Assembly: GCA_963523365.1 (NCBI GenBank)
Contig: CAURCE010000001.1
Location: 1-54,286 of the forward strand
Direction: 5' to 3'
DNA length: 54,286 bases
Source of the DNA: an uncultured Streptococcus sp.
GTDB lineage: Bacteria > Bacillota > Bacilli > Lactobacillales > Streptococcaceae
Under the pieces are notes generated by a model, which saw only the letters and a list, made by a program, of their open reading frames with translations, was not told the origin of the DNA and ran no database searches. The position numbers and the translations under genes are program-made. Positions 21,601 to 30,011 of this stretch are shown here, one piece after another. Positions within the stretch are counted from its first letter, which is position 1. Every line of letters starts with the position of its first letter.

Positions 21601-21936
21601 CATGATCAACTCTTCACTTAGAATTGCATCAAAGGGGACCTTGCCATTATAGTAATGATAGTGATCGCCATGTGAAGTCACATAGCCTTGGTCCGTAATC
21701 TTGACAACGATCTGCTCAGCAGTAATGCCTTCTTTGGCCTGAATCTGCTCAGGTGTCAATTTCTCGGCTTTTTGAGATTTATTGTCCTGCTTATTTGTAG
21801 ATTTCTTTTCTACATAGGCCACTCGATTTGTTTCTTGTTCTTGTGGCTTATCTGCTTGATACTGCATGATCGCATACCCGCACACACCAAGTGTAGCTAG
21901 TGCCGCAACTGAACTAATAATATATTTCTTTTTCAT
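18658..21936 (-). CDS. Pneumococcal-type histidine triad (Pht) surface protein
   Basis: PhtD-like N-terminus (AEQIVVKITDQGYVTSHGDHYHYYNGKVPFDA); five HxxHxH motifs; downstream of adcAII. Confidence 0.93.
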   Translation of the reverse strand: MKKKYIISSVAALATLGVCGYAIMQYQADKPQEQETNRVAYVEKKSTNKQDNKSQKAEKLTPEQIQAKEGITAEQIVVKITDQGYVTSHGDHYHYYNGKVPFDAILSEELIMRDPNYQLQESDIVNQVKDGYIIKVAGKYYLYLTNAKETSNVRSVDEIARQRQIHPSKEEGEGGSEVKSSQTVSRKTQDFSRPSAAYAAGKRTYQAEGTASSRSNGAYTTDDGYVFSPSDVISDTGDGFLVPHGGHIHYIPKSDLSPGELAAAQAYWDSLQRGKQAASPAENPNTGGEASAPTAKASENQHAGSSTKPAHQADKGQTAKPAQASKPAQSDAGHGVKPSEKAEDAPSSYQTLLEKLYRTPKEKRYVEKDGLVFDPSKIVRRTAEGVAIPHGNHYHFIPYSKLSALEEEIARNIPVAGQKTYPKAAASTPSQPSQPANPSQPAKPADKDEHDHGFHAEHVISKDEEGYVVQHGGHAHYFFKKDLTKDQIAAAEDNLAKHKDSSQSSQVSTEYDRFSRDASDEEKIAYISKTYGVPREAIKISKGFFVFNNPDQDYDPTHIHPYAVRKEHVRIPLETGNPELDFLNELYTTALRSGLSPYSIQVENGQFVIPHGDHNHYIRVQSKGLNLGLKNKIPALQSAYQAGAYDEKAVLDKVDALLAASRTIYAKDLLMQRRIELALGNFVETMKQLPSNSTEGYLASLDKFDKHYIHVDEKAKTEELTEVDKKYQELVDKIKRLETDSYNVNKTSLLSELQTAKVEKNEAKMTEIEQLLASLQDYQDRTGVTSVEYLKAFYLAVDDARLQPELRKKVADLTLKLYKSQAFIEAIDLKALFLELYQTKLEVDKALASGEAASAKDKTVLDTEKLDDHSYKTAIYGFLKELYGEFAPQPTEEISEETLQALFQKGQELLEKVTDSTRQENYQKQLAALRTDLQEARKDRETILAETKTLLTQIVETLKEQQASAALKDKEIYLKIYNLLMSAHKMLEEQQGTDEQFAKVDALLDKLSDPNEDKAALLTEAEAFFNQLQANKPAPTEASPTEETKEEKTSESPKETVEESSSPATPKVEEANAPAPSEKEAESQETPEENKQ

Positions 21937-21944
21937 ACATCACC

Positions 21945-22877
21945 TCAATGTTTTAATTCTTTGGCTAAAATTTCTAAATTATCTTCTAAATTTTCAAGAT
22001 AGGTCTTATCATTTTCAGGATCTGCTTCGAGAGGATTTAGCACCTTTAGGTTGACTCCTGTTGCCTTCTTCAAGGTCTCAGCCAACTTAGAGGAAGCATT
22101 GCTCTCGACAAAAATCGTCTTGACTTTATAGGTCTTGATAAAGTCTTGTATCTCGGTCAACTGCCTTGGACTAGGCTCTTGGTCTGGCGAAATTCCTGAA
22201 ATCCCTAGTTGCTTGAGACCGAAACGCTTGGCTAGATAAGAGAAAGCTGTATGCTGGGTCACGAAAGTTTTTTCATCTAGCCCACTAAAGACTCCTTGAT
22301 ATTTTTGGCTCAGGGCCTTTGCCTTCTCTGCAAATTTTTGAGCATTTTTCTGATAGGTATCCGCATTTTTACTATCTAGCTTGGACAATTCTTGAGCGAT
22401 GAGTTGCGCTTCTTCTGCCACTTTTTCAGGATCTAGCCAAGTATGTGGATCATAGAGGGTCTTTTCATCAATCCCTTCCTCAGCAGACACTTCTTCTAAG
22501 CCGGCTACCTTATCCAACTGCATCCCGTTGCTGGCTTCTACGACCGCTACTTTGGACTTTTGTAAGCTAGGATCCAGACTACCGGCCCAAGACTCCAAAG
22601 TCCGAGAATGGTACACAAAGACATCTGCTTCATAAATAGCCGCTACATCGCTGGCTGAGGGCTCAAATTCATGAATCCCTGCGCCTGACTGAATCATCCG
22701 TACATCATTTAAGTCTCCAGAAACTTCTTTGACCATCGAATAAATCGGGTAAAAACTCGTGACAATATTGAGCCCTCGTTTGCTACCAGCACCGCTTGCT
22801 TCCTTTTTGCTACAAGCAGCAAGTCCAAGCCCCAGCAAGACTAGACTTAAAGCTATCAAAACTTTTTTGATTTTCAT
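21945..22877 (-). CDS. adcAII: Zinc-binding lipoprotein AdcAII/Lmb
   Basis: Lipobox LAAC; IHEFEPS, YDPHTWLDP, VTQHTAFSYLA; adjacent to pht; AdcR boxes upstream. Confidence 0.93.
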   Translation of the reverse strand: MKIKKVLIALSLVLLGLGLAACSKKEASGAGSKRGLNIVTSFYPIYSMVKEVSGDLNDVRMIQSGAGIHEFEPSASDVAAIYEADVFVYHSRTLESWAGSLDPSLQKSKVAVVEASNGMQLDKVAGLEEVSAEEGIDEKTLYDPHTWLDPEKVAEEAQLIAQELSKLDSKNADTYQKNAQKFAEKAKALSQKYQGVFSGLDEKTFVTQHTAFSYLAKRFGLKQLGISGISPDQEPSPRQLTEIQDFIKTYKVKTIFVESNASSKLAETLKKATGVNLKVLNPLEADPENDKTYLENLEDNLEILAKELKH

Positions 22878-22886
22878 TTCAACTCC

Positions 22887-22898
22887 TTAACCAGTTTA
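22887..22898. promoter_or_regulatory. AdcR box abutting the adcAII RBS
   Basis: TTAACCAGTTTA, 11/12 match to TTAACYRGTTAA. Confidence 0.7.
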
Positions 22899-22970
22899 GC
22901 AATCATTCAAAGAAAGAACTATTTTCAAAACATTCTTTGCCAAGAATTGCTTTAAAAAATAGCTTTTTTG

Positions 22971-22994
22971 TTAACTGGTTTATTAACTAGTTAA
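22971..22994. promoter_or_regulatory. Tandem AdcR boxes at the adcAII-pht promoter
   Basis: TTAACTGGTTTA and TTAACTAGTTAA immediately downstream of the -10. Confidence 0.88.
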
Positions 22995-22995
22995 G

Positions 22996-23024
22996 ATAAT
23001 ACTCCTTTTTATTTTTTCTGTCAA
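22996..23024 (-). promoter_or_regulatory. SigA promoter of adcAII-pht
   Basis: Minus strand TTGACA-N17-TATTAT. Confidence 0.75.
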
Positions 23025-23136
23025 GAAGGAAGTTTGAATTTTTTCAAAAATTTTCCAATTATTCATCCAATTAAAATAAGCCACAAACGTGGCTTTGAGA
23101 AATCAATATCTAAATTTTGCTCCTTTATAGAAAGGA

Positions 23137-23868
23137 CTAGTGTTCACTATCCCTACTATTGGCTCGAATTTCTTCCAACATTTTGGCTTCTTCGGCTGTG
23201 CATTCATAGCTTTCCAGCAAGTCCGGACGACGCTCATAGGTTTTTTTCAGACTTTCATAAAGACGCCACTTGCGGATATTCTCGTGGTGCCCACTCATGA
23301 GCACTTCTGGAACGACCATGCCCCGATAGTCATAAGGACGAGTGTACTGAGGATACTCCAAGAGTCCAGACGAAAAGCTATCATCCGTGTGACTGACTTC
23401 CTTGCCAATAACCTCTGGAATCAAGCGAACTGTCGCATCAATCATGGTCATAGCCGCCAATTCTCCTCCGGTCAGGACATAGTCACCTAGCGAAATCTCG
23501 TCCGTCACCAAGGTCTTGATCCGCTCATCATAACCTTCGTAGTGACCGCAGATGAAGATGAGTTCCTCTTCCTTGGCCAATTCCTCAGCATAGGCTTGGT
23601 CGAAGGTACGTCCGGCAGGATCCAGCAAAATCACGCGCGGCCGCTTCTTTTCAATGGCATCATAGGCATCAAAAATTGGCTGAGCCCGCAGCAGCATGCC
23701 TTGACCACCACCATAAGGCTCGTCATCCACATGCCGAGATTTTTCCGCATTTTCTCGGAAATTGTGATAATTGATTTCCAAGAGACCTTTTTCTCGCGCC
23801 TTACCCACGATCGAGTGCTCTAAGGGCGCAAACATCTCTGGAAAGAGGGTCAAAATATCAATCTTCAT
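23137..23868 (-). CDS. trmD: tRNA (guanine-N1)-methyltransferase
   Basis: [34 protein letters not shown]. Confidence 0.98.
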   Translation of the reverse strand: MKIDILTLFPEMFAPLEHSIVGKAREKGLLEINYHNFRENAEKSRHVDDEPYGGGQGMLLRAQPIFDAYDAIEKKRPRVILLDPAGRTFDQAYAEELAKEEELIFICGHYEGYDERIKTLVTDEISLGDYVLTGGELAAMTMIDATVRLIPEVIGKEVSHTDDSFSSGLLEYPQYTRPYDYRGMVVPEVLMSGHHENIRKWRLYESLKKTYERRPDLLESYECTAEEAKMLEEIRANSRDSEH

Positions 23869-24376
23869 CGTCCAGTCCTTCCGGTATCTCTACATCAACC
23901 CGGCCTTGCTCGATGTCAATTCCCAGCACCACCGGTGGAATGTAAGGCAACAACAAATCACGCTTACCTTTCCGCTTGACTACCCAGACATCATTGGCTC
24001 CTGGCTGGAGAATCTCCTTAATCGTACCTAGCAGAACATCATTTTCATAGACTTCAAGGCCGATAATCTCATGGTAGTAAAATTCCCCATCTTCTAAGTC
24101 CGTCAAATCTTCTTCGGCCACTTTCAGACTAAAGTCACGAAATTTCTCGATGTCATTGATATGATACATACCCTTGAACTTGATGATATCAAAGTTCTTG
24201 GCCTTGCGGTGGCTGGCAATCTCCACGTCCATGACAAACTGGTCTTTCTTATCGAAAAGAGCCAGTTTATTGCCTTTTTTAAAACGCTCCTCTGCAAAAT
24301 CTGTTACCGATAAAACTCGCATTTCGCCTTGCAGACCTTGGGTATTGACGATTTTCCCAACATTAAAATAATTCAT
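23858..24376 (-). CDS. rimM: Ribosome maturation factor RimM
   Basis: [36 protein letters not shown]; start reset to 24376. Confidence 0.97.
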   Translation of the reverse strand: MNYFNVGKIVNTQGLQGEMRVLSVTDFAEERFKKGNKLALFDKKDQFVMDVEIASHRKAKNFDIIKFKGMYHINDIEKFRDFSLKVAEEDLTDLEDGEFYYHEIIGLEVYENDVLLGTIKEILQPGANDVWVVKRKGKRDLLLPYIPPVVLGIDIEQGRVDVEIPEGLDDED

Positions 24377-24470
24377 TTTTACTCCAGTTAATCTTTTTAC
24401 TATTCGTTTTATTGTATCATTTTGCTGGCTTTTTCTCAAGGCAGGTAGCTGGCTCAGACAGCGGAAGAGC

Positions 24471-24833
24471 CTATAAGTCAATACCTTTTTCTCTGAGATT
24501 TTGCAGGCATTCCTCATAGTAAGCCGCGTTATGCTCGGGGTAAATAGGGCTTGCCACAGCCATTTCTTCCAGATGCACATAGGCTGGACAAGTCTTGCCA
24601 CGATAGTCCCGCTCCAGCCACTCTGGGGACACACGATAACCTCGCTTGCTCATCTCCTCCATAATCAGCACATGGTAGCGATAAAGCAAGTAAGGAGAGT
24701 GAGTAAAAACATAGTCAACGGTCGCATGTTTCTTGCCCCAGCCATTGCCACGAAGAGCGCAGCATTCCCGATGCTGACCAAGCAGTTGCGGACGGGGAAG
24801 CTTGGGAATCAATGCTTGATGCCAGAGTCTCAT
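24471..24833 (-). CDS. TIGR02328 family protein (pyrimidine-dimer glycosylase-like)
   Basis: [43 protein letters not shown] signature. Confidence 0.85.
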   Translation of the reverse strand: MRLWHQALIPKLPRPQLLGQHRECCALRGNGWGKKHATVDYVFTHSPYLLYRYHVLIMEEMSKRGYRVSPEWLERDYRGKTCPAYVHLEEMAVASPIYPEHNAAYYEECLQNLREKGIDL

Positions 24834-24908
24834 TCTAACCTCCTTTTAGTAAAAACAAAGCAATCTTTTGTTGCTCCAAATAGCCTTTGACCACTATAAA
24901 ATTTCCTT

Positions 24909-25463
24909 TTAATAATCGCTGAAACGTCTATGTTTGATTTCAAAGTCGAAATAATTCTCTTCCTGAAGCCGGTGGAAAATATCCCGATAGGCTTCTTCGT
25001 CAAAAGACTCCCCTCGATAAAGGATTTCAAAGCTAAGATCCTCATATTCCAGAAAGGCATTGGCTGACCGGAAGCCCTTGCTTTGATAGAAATCCCAGCG
25101 AGCTTGACGCTGCTCAAGATTGTCACAGGGCTCATCTAAACGCTCGATTTCTAAAATCATGGTTCGCTGATAGAAATTGACCAGCTTTTCGATGATCTCA
25201 CCACCATAGCCATGGCTGCGCAGGTGAGGCATAATCGCAAAGAAACTAACATAAAAGGCTTGCGCGTTGGAAATGGCAAAGGCAAAACCAACAAACTCCT
25301 TTTCATGATAAAAGGCGAAAAAATTAGCATCTTCCTGATCCTCATATCGTAAAAACTCACTGAGCGGTATCCTTTCCTCTTCTGGGAAAGCTTCATTATT
25401 CAAGGCTTCTACCTTATCCAAATCTGGAAAATCTGCTGTAATGATCTGGCTGGTTAAGCTCAT
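24909..25463 (-). CDS. GNAT family N-acetyltransferase
   Basis: FAIMPHLRSHGYGG acetyl-CoA motif, FYQSKGF. Confidence 0.88.
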   Translation of the reverse strand: MSLTSQIITADFPDLDKVEALNNEAFPEEERIPLSEFLRYEDQEDANFFAFYHEKEFVGFAFAISNAQAFYVSFFAIMPHLRSHGYGGEIIEKLVNFYQRTMILEIERLDEPCDNLEQRQARWDFYQSKGFRSANAFLEYEDLSFEILYRGESFDEEAYRDIFHRLQEENYFDFEIKHRRFSDY

Positions 25464-25635
25464 AAAATCACTCCTTTTCTAGTGATAGTATAATAAATTT
25501 TGCAACTGGTTTCAAAAAAGAGCCCTGAAAGAGCTCCTATGTATCCATTTTTTCTTCATATATTTTTCTTCATATAATAGAAAGGTGCCGAATGCCTAGA
25601 TAGAATCGGTTGGCCCCCACCGAAGAGGAATTATC

Positions 25636-26307
25636 CTAGCTGCTACTCACTATTTCACGTAAATTATCCAAATGCTGGTTATCAGTCACAGCCATAATGC
25701 TGACGCCTTCTGGCCAAACAAAGTCTGGAGTAAACTTGCTTTCCAAAGGCTGATTTTTTGTCAGACGGTAGCCGATAATATTAAGATGATAAAGCCTGCG
25801 AGCATCTACTTCACGGACCGTTTTCCCGACCCAGCTAGCAGGCAGTTCAAACTCAGCCACTACTACATCGTCATCCAGCTGGAAGACCTCAATCGAATGG
25901 TTCAAGAGAATAGTCTTGGCCAATGAAATACCAGCCTCCACTTCAGGCAGAATAACCAGATCAGCTCCCACCTTTTCCAGCACCTGCTGAGTTACTTCAT
26001 CTTTGACCTTGGCAATGACATTTTTAACGCCCAATGCCTTGCAGTGCATGACCGCTAGGACGCTGGATTCCAGACTTTCTCCCGTCGCTACGATGACCGT
26101 ATCACAGGACCCAACGTCTGCCGCCTCTAAAAGCTCCATATCAGTAATGTCCCCGATCACACCAACGGCAATCATGTCTTCATACTGATTGATTGTCTCT
26201 TCGTGATTATCAATCGCAATGATTTCTACATCTTGAGAAATCAAGGCCTCAATGATACTCTGTCCAAAAATCCCCAAGCCGAGGATTCCAACTGTTTGAT
26301 TTGCCAT
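25636..26307 (-). CDS. trkA: TrkA/KtrA-family K+ uptake regulatory subunit (RCK_N plus RCK_C)
   Basis: GILGLGIFG Rossmann motif, KVGADLVILPE; start reset to 26307. Confidence 0.92.
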   Translation of the reverse strand: MANQTVGILGLGIFGQSIIEALISQDVEIIAIDNHEETINQYEDMIAVGVIGDITDMELLEAADVGSCDTVIVATGESLESSVLAVMHCKALGVKNVIAKVKDEVTQQVLEKVGADLVILPEVEAGISLAKTILLNHSIEVFQLDDDVVVAEFELPASWVGKTVREVDARRLYHLNIIGYRLTKNQPLESKFTPDFVWPEGVSIMAVTDNQHLDNLREIVSSS

Positions 26308-26317
26308 TTCTTTTCTC

Positions 26318-27667
26318 CTATCCAATCATAATGTCCGCCTTGCTGTAATGCAAGGTTGCAGCCTTCTTCGGTTGATAATGGTTGAGACTGACCATAAGAG
26401 TCAGCGGCCCCACCCGTCCAATAAACATTAGCAACATAATCACAATCATACCAGCTGTATTGAGGCTGGTAGTGATATTGGCCGTCACGCCAACTGTAGC
26501 CAGTGCTGACACAGTCTCAAATATCAGGTAAATAAAGCGATGACTGCTATCAGTCACTAGCCCAAGAGCCAAAAGACCAAGTAGAAATGTCAGCTGAAAA
26601 ATCACTGTCACACCAAAAGCCTTCTGCACTAGCTGAGGAGCCAGTGTTCTCCGCCCCATATTGGTATGAGGCAAGCCCAGGATTTCCTTTCGAGCAAAAA
26701 GCAAAAGAACTAGGAAGGTCGTAATTTTCAGACCGCCCGCTGTACCACCCGGAGCCCCTCCCAGAAACATCTGGAGCAGATAGATAAACAGGGTTACTGG
26801 ACGAGCAGCTGTATAATCAATGGAAGCAAAGCCAGCTGTCCTCATACTGACTGTCTGAAAAAAGCTGACCAGTAGCTTATCGCCAAAGGAAAGATTGCCA
26901 ATCGTTCCAGGATTATTGTACTCCGTCCAGAGACTCGTGACCGTCCCAAAAACGAGGAGACCAGCAGTCAGCAGCAAGACTACCTTAGTATGAAAGTGCA
27001 GTCCCTTCTGTTTTCCTCCCAATTTAGTCGCCAAGTCAAACCAGACCATAAAGCCCAGGCCTCCAGTGATGATGAGGAGAGCCAAGGTGATATTGACCAA
27101 AACATCTGTCTGCAAGCCTAGTAGGCTATCATTGCCAAAATTATCAAAGCCCGCATTACAAAATGCAGAAACGGCTAAAAAGATAGAATTAAAAATCCCT
27201 TTTCTCAGACCAAACTTGGGAATGAAGCGAATCATGAGAAGGAGCGCACCCAGTCCTTCGATACTAAAAGTCGTGATAAAAATCGAACGGACAAATTGAC
27301 TTAAGGTACGATTGTGACCATAACTAAAACTATCCCGCAGAATACGGCGATCCTTGAGGCTGAGCTTTTTCCGACTTTCCATGGTGAAAAATCCGATAAA
27401 GGTCAGGATTCCCAAGCCACCAATCTGAATCAGTAACATGCAAAGGAGCTGCCCCCAGACATTGTATGTATCCACAACCGATCGAGTAAAAAGCCCTGTC
27501 ACACAGACCATCGAGACAGCTGTAAAAAGATGATCCAGATAGCCCGCTTGGGAACTTTCCGTCTGCACCCAAGGCAGACTGAGTAGCAAGGAGCCACAGA
27601 ATATCACCAGAAGAAAAGACAAGATAATCTTTTGCGCTGGTGACAAGCGTGAAAATAAATGCTTCAT
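26318..27667 (-). CDS. trkH: TrkH/KtrB-family K+ uptake membrane subunit
   Basis: Pore motifs CVTGL, CNAGF, RTAGF, ATVGV; GGAPGGTAGGLK. Confidence 0.93.
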   Translation of the reverse strand: MKHLFSRLSPAQKIILSFLLVIFCGSLLLSLPWVQTESSQAGYLDHLFTAVSMVCVTGLFTRSVVDTYNVWGQLLCMLLIQIGGLGILTFIGFFTMESRKKLSLKDRRILRDSFSYGHNRTLSQFVRSIFITTFSIEGLGALLLMIRFIPKFGLRKGIFNSIFLAVSAFCNAGFDNFGNDSLLGLQTDVLVNITLALLIITGGLGFMVWFDLATKLGGKQKGLHFHTKVVLLLTAGLLVFGTVTSLWTEYNNPGTIGNLSFGDKLLVSFFQTVSMRTAGFASIDYTAARPVTLFIYLLQMFLGGAPGGTAGGLKITTFLVLLLFARKEILGLPHTNMGRRTLAPQLVQKAFGVTVIFQLTFLLGLLALGLVTDSSHRFIYLIFETVSALATVGVTANITTSLNTAGMIVIMLLMFIGRVGPLTLMVSLNHYQPKKAATLHYSKADIMIG

Positions 27668-28215
27668 AAAGTTTCCTTTCCTGATCTAATAAACGCAGAG
27701 GCTAGCCTTATCTGCCCTTCTCTTTCCTTGACAGCCCGCTGCAAATCATCTGGACTCTGCAAGTTTCTGACTTTGATGGCATAATCCGCTGCGACAATAG
27801 CATGTCCCCGCATATGGGCTGTTGCGACTGCCTGGGCAAAGACACGCGCAGCATATTTACCGATTTGTGATTGAGCTTGCTGAGACAGTTTGTTAGCTAA
27901 GAAACCAGCCTTTCTTAGTTCATAGGCAGATGCCCTCCCATCAAGCCGAGCCTGAAAAACCTCTCTTACCTGAGTCAAAATCTTCTGCTTCTCAAACTCA
28001 TCTTCCATATCTATCAGAGCTATAAAGCTTGACGCCATTTTCATAGCCCATCGAGCCAGTTGCCCCTGAGGAAGCTGCTCCAAAACAAGCTCCAATTCCA
28101 ATCTCTTCTCACTATCATCCAGGATTTTCAGTTTGTATGGGCTCGGTAAAATCACTTGATCATTCTCATAACACTTGCGCTCATGAACGTTCCAAGCATA
28201 CTCTTCTGGCTTCAT
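27664..28215 (-). CDS. Imm5-like helical-repeat 'putative immunity' protein
   Basis: LARWA...AARVFAQAVATAHMRGHAIVAADYAIK pattern; stop overlaps trkH start; start reset to 28215. Confidence 0.6.
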   Translation of the reverse strand: MKPEEYAWNVHERKCYENDQVILPSPYKLKILDDSEKRLELELVLEQLPQGQLARWAMKMASSFIALIDMEDEFEKQKILTQVREVFQARLDGRASAYELRKAGFLANKLSQQAQSQIGKYAARVFAQAVATAHMRGHAIVAADYAIKVRNLQSPDDLQRAVKEREGQIRLASAFIRSGKETL

Positions 28216-28446
28216 ATGTCCCCCGGTTTCGAATTTATTTGAATTCGAGTGTAGATTTTGCGTTTGTCTTAACTGAGATACTTGCTTCTCGTAGAGCTCG
28301 AACTGCATCAATGGCCCTAAATTCAACTACGCCTAACGGCTTGTTTCATTAAGGATAATAAGGAACGTAGTTCTCGCGGAGCTCGAACTGCATCGATTTC
28401 TCTAACCTCACTTGCGTGCTAGGCACTCAGTTCACTAAGAGAAATA
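28216..28446. repeat. Structured intergenic element with a 24-bp imperfect direct repeat and several hairpins
   Basis: TTCTCGTAGAGCTCGAACTGCATC at 28286-28309 and TTCTCGCGGAGCTCGAACTGCATC at 28371-28394; ATTTCTCT...AGAGAAAT stem. Confidence 0.65.
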
Positions 28447-28447
28447 G

Positions 28448-28470
28448 AAAAACGGGACACATGGCCCCGC
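28448..28470 (-). terminator. Intrinsic terminator after khpA
   Basis: Minus strand GCGGGGCCATGTGTCCCGTTTTT. Confidence 0.7.
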
Positions 28471-28476
28471 TGCTTC

Positions 28477-28716
28477 TTATTTCTCATCAATAACGATGCG
28501 AACTTTTTTGTACTCGGTTGGGACAGAGTAAACAATCGTCCTTATAGCGGAGATAGTACGACCTTTACGACCGATCACACGTCCAACATCGCTTGGATCA
28601 AGATCAAGATGATACTCCAAAAACTCAGGTGTATCTTCAATCTTGATAGTTAAGGCATCTGGCTGTGAAATCAAAGGTTTCACTATTGCAATAATGAGAT
28701 TTTCAATCGTGTCCAT
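28477..28716 (-). CDS. khpA: KH-domain RNA-binding protein KhpA
   Basis: [18 protein letters not shown]; directly after rpsP. Confidence 0.95.
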   Translation of the reverse strand: MDTIENLIIAIVKPLISQPDALTIKIEDTPEFLEYHLDLDPSDVGRVIGRKGRTISAIRTIVYSVPTEYKKVRIVIDEK

Positions 28717-28735
28717 ATATCAACCTGCACTTCTA

Positions 28736-29008
28736 TTATTTAGAGTATTTTGAATCGTGGAATTTCTTCAAAACACCAGCTTTTGAAAGGATGTTGCGAA
28801 CTGTATCTGAAGGTTGTGCTCCATCAGCCAACCATGCAAGAACGCGATCTTCTTTCAAAGTTACTTGGTTTTCTTCAACAAGTGGGTTGTAAGTTCCAAC
28901 TGTTTCGATGAAACGTCCGTCACGTGGTGAACGTGAATCTGCTACGTTGATACGGTAGAAAGGTTTTTTCTTAGAACCCATACGAGTCAAACGGATTTTT
29001 ACTGCCAT
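28736..29008 (-). CDS. rpsP: 30S ribosomal protein S16
   Basis: [20 protein letters not shown]...GAQPSDTV. Confidence 0.99.
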   Translation of the reverse strand: MAVKIRLTRMGSKKKPFYRINVADSRSPRDGRFIETVGTYNPLVEENQVTLKEDRVLAWLADGAQPSDTVRNILSKAGVLKKFHDSKYSK

Positions 29009-29076
29009 TTTTAAAATTTCTCTCTTTTCTTATTTTTTATTTCGGTGAAATAGCTGAGCTATTTAGCACATGTTCT

Positions 29077-29104
29077 ATTATAGCAGATTAAAAAAAGCTG
29101 TCAA
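29077..29104 (-). promoter_or_regulatory. SigA promoter of rpsP; the -35 lies within the upstream gene's terminator hairpin
   Basis: Minus strand TTGACA-N16-TATAAT with TG extension; CTGTCAAG/CTTGACAG stem at 29098-29120. Confidence 0.75.
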
Positions 29105-29134
29105 GTTTTTTTCTTGACAGACTTAAAATTTTTT

Positions 29135-29821
29135 TCAAATCAGCAATTTTTTAATTTCTTCATAGGAGGATACCGTATAAGTCGGCTGCGCGCTGCTATT
29201 ATTAATCAACTTCTTGGGATTGTACCAGAGAGAGTCCAGTCCGGCATTATTGGCGCCAGTAATATCTGCAGTCAAAGAATCTCCAATCATCAAAGCCTGA
29301 GACAGGTCAAAATCTGGTATCTGCTCTGCTATTTTTTCATAAAACAGAGCCTCAGGCTTCTGAGTCCCCATCTTTTCCGAAATGAAGATGTGATTAAAAT
29401 AGGGCGCAATATCAGAATGAGCCATGCGACCGGTCTGAATAGCCGTGATGCCATTGGTCGCTCCGTAAATCTCATAATCAGCTGCTGTCAGGCTGTCCAA
29501 AAGCTCACTAGCACCAGCGTATGTTTGTCCTTGCTGAGCAATATGCTGCTGATAGAGAAGAGCCAGCTCGGCCCCATCCTTCTCAATGCCAAAATGAGCA
29601 AAAAGACGAGAAAAGCGCGTATTGACCAGCTCCGGCTTAGTAATTTTTCCCTGTTCCAAATCCCGCCAAAGTCCCTTGTTCATGGGAATATAATAGTCTT
29701 TGTAGGTCTGAATCTCCGTCACGCCCTGCTTCTCCAAAAAATGAGTCAGGGCAATGTCTTCTGCCGTATCAAAATCCAGCAGCGTATGGTCAAGGTCGAA
29801 AAGTAGAAATTTGTATGACAA
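29135..29821 (-). CDS. YjjG-family HAD pyrimidine nucleotidase
   Basis: FDLDHTLLDF, ATNG, QKPE, IGDSLTADITGA; TTG start after GAAAGG. Confidence 0.9.
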   Translation of the reverse strand: MSYKFLLFDLDHTLLDFDTAEDIALTHFLEKQGVTEIQTYKDYYIPMNKGLWRDLEQGKITKPELVNTRFSRLFAHFGIEKDGAELALLYQQHIAQQGQTYAGASELLDSLTAADYEIYGATNGITAIQTGRMAHSDIAPYFNHIFISEKMGTQKPEALFYEKIAEQIPDFDLSQALMIGDSLTADITGANNAGLDSLWYNPKKLINNSSAQPTYTVSSYEEIKKLLI

Positions 29822-29873
29822 GGTAGAAGTCCTTTCTGTAACTGTAGTAGCTTCATTATACCACAAGCCACAA

Positions 29874-29905
29874 AAACCAGCCGATCGAAAATGAACGGCT
29901 GGTTT
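29874..29905 (-). terminator. Terminator downstream of the duplicated AraC-gene 3' end
   Basis: AAACCAGCCG...CGGCTGGTTT stem with U-tract on the minus strand. Confidence 0.7.
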
Positions 29906-29910
29906 CCAAT

Positions 29911-29952
29911 CTATTTAACCACTGGTATCCAGAGTGCCATTTGATAGTTTGG
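29911..29952 (-). repeat. Duplicate of the last 14 codons of the AraC/GyrI gene (direct repeat of 30991-31032)
   Basis: 38/42 nt identical; encodes PNYQMALWIPVVK* versus PDYQMELWIPVVK*. Confidence 0.92.
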
Positions 29953-30011
29953 TTGCTCTTGTTTTGATTCTGCTGCATTACCAAACAGCATCTTCGCTTT
30001 TCTCACTTTTT

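Noticed and set aside
24377..24634. 86-aa N-terminal extension of RimM
   Set aside because: Overlaps the TIGR02328 gene and the rimM promoter; the conserved start is MNYFNVG.
24830..25135. 101-aa minus-strand ORF overlapping the GNAT gene
   Set aside because: Alternative frame without RBS or motifs; the GNAT frame is complete, so no frameshift is needed.
28286..28394. Two 24-bp repeats as a mini-CRISPR
   Set aside because: Only two imperfect copies, a 61-nt gap and no cas genes.
28216..28446. c-di-AMP (ydaO) riboswitch upstream of K+ transporter genes
   Set aside because: The context fits, but I could not find the conserved ydaO sequence blocks on the minus strand; an Infernal search would be decisive.
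29114..29806. 230-aa plus-strand ORF
   Set aside because: Antisense shadow of the YjjG-family HAD gene; no RBS or recognisable motifs.
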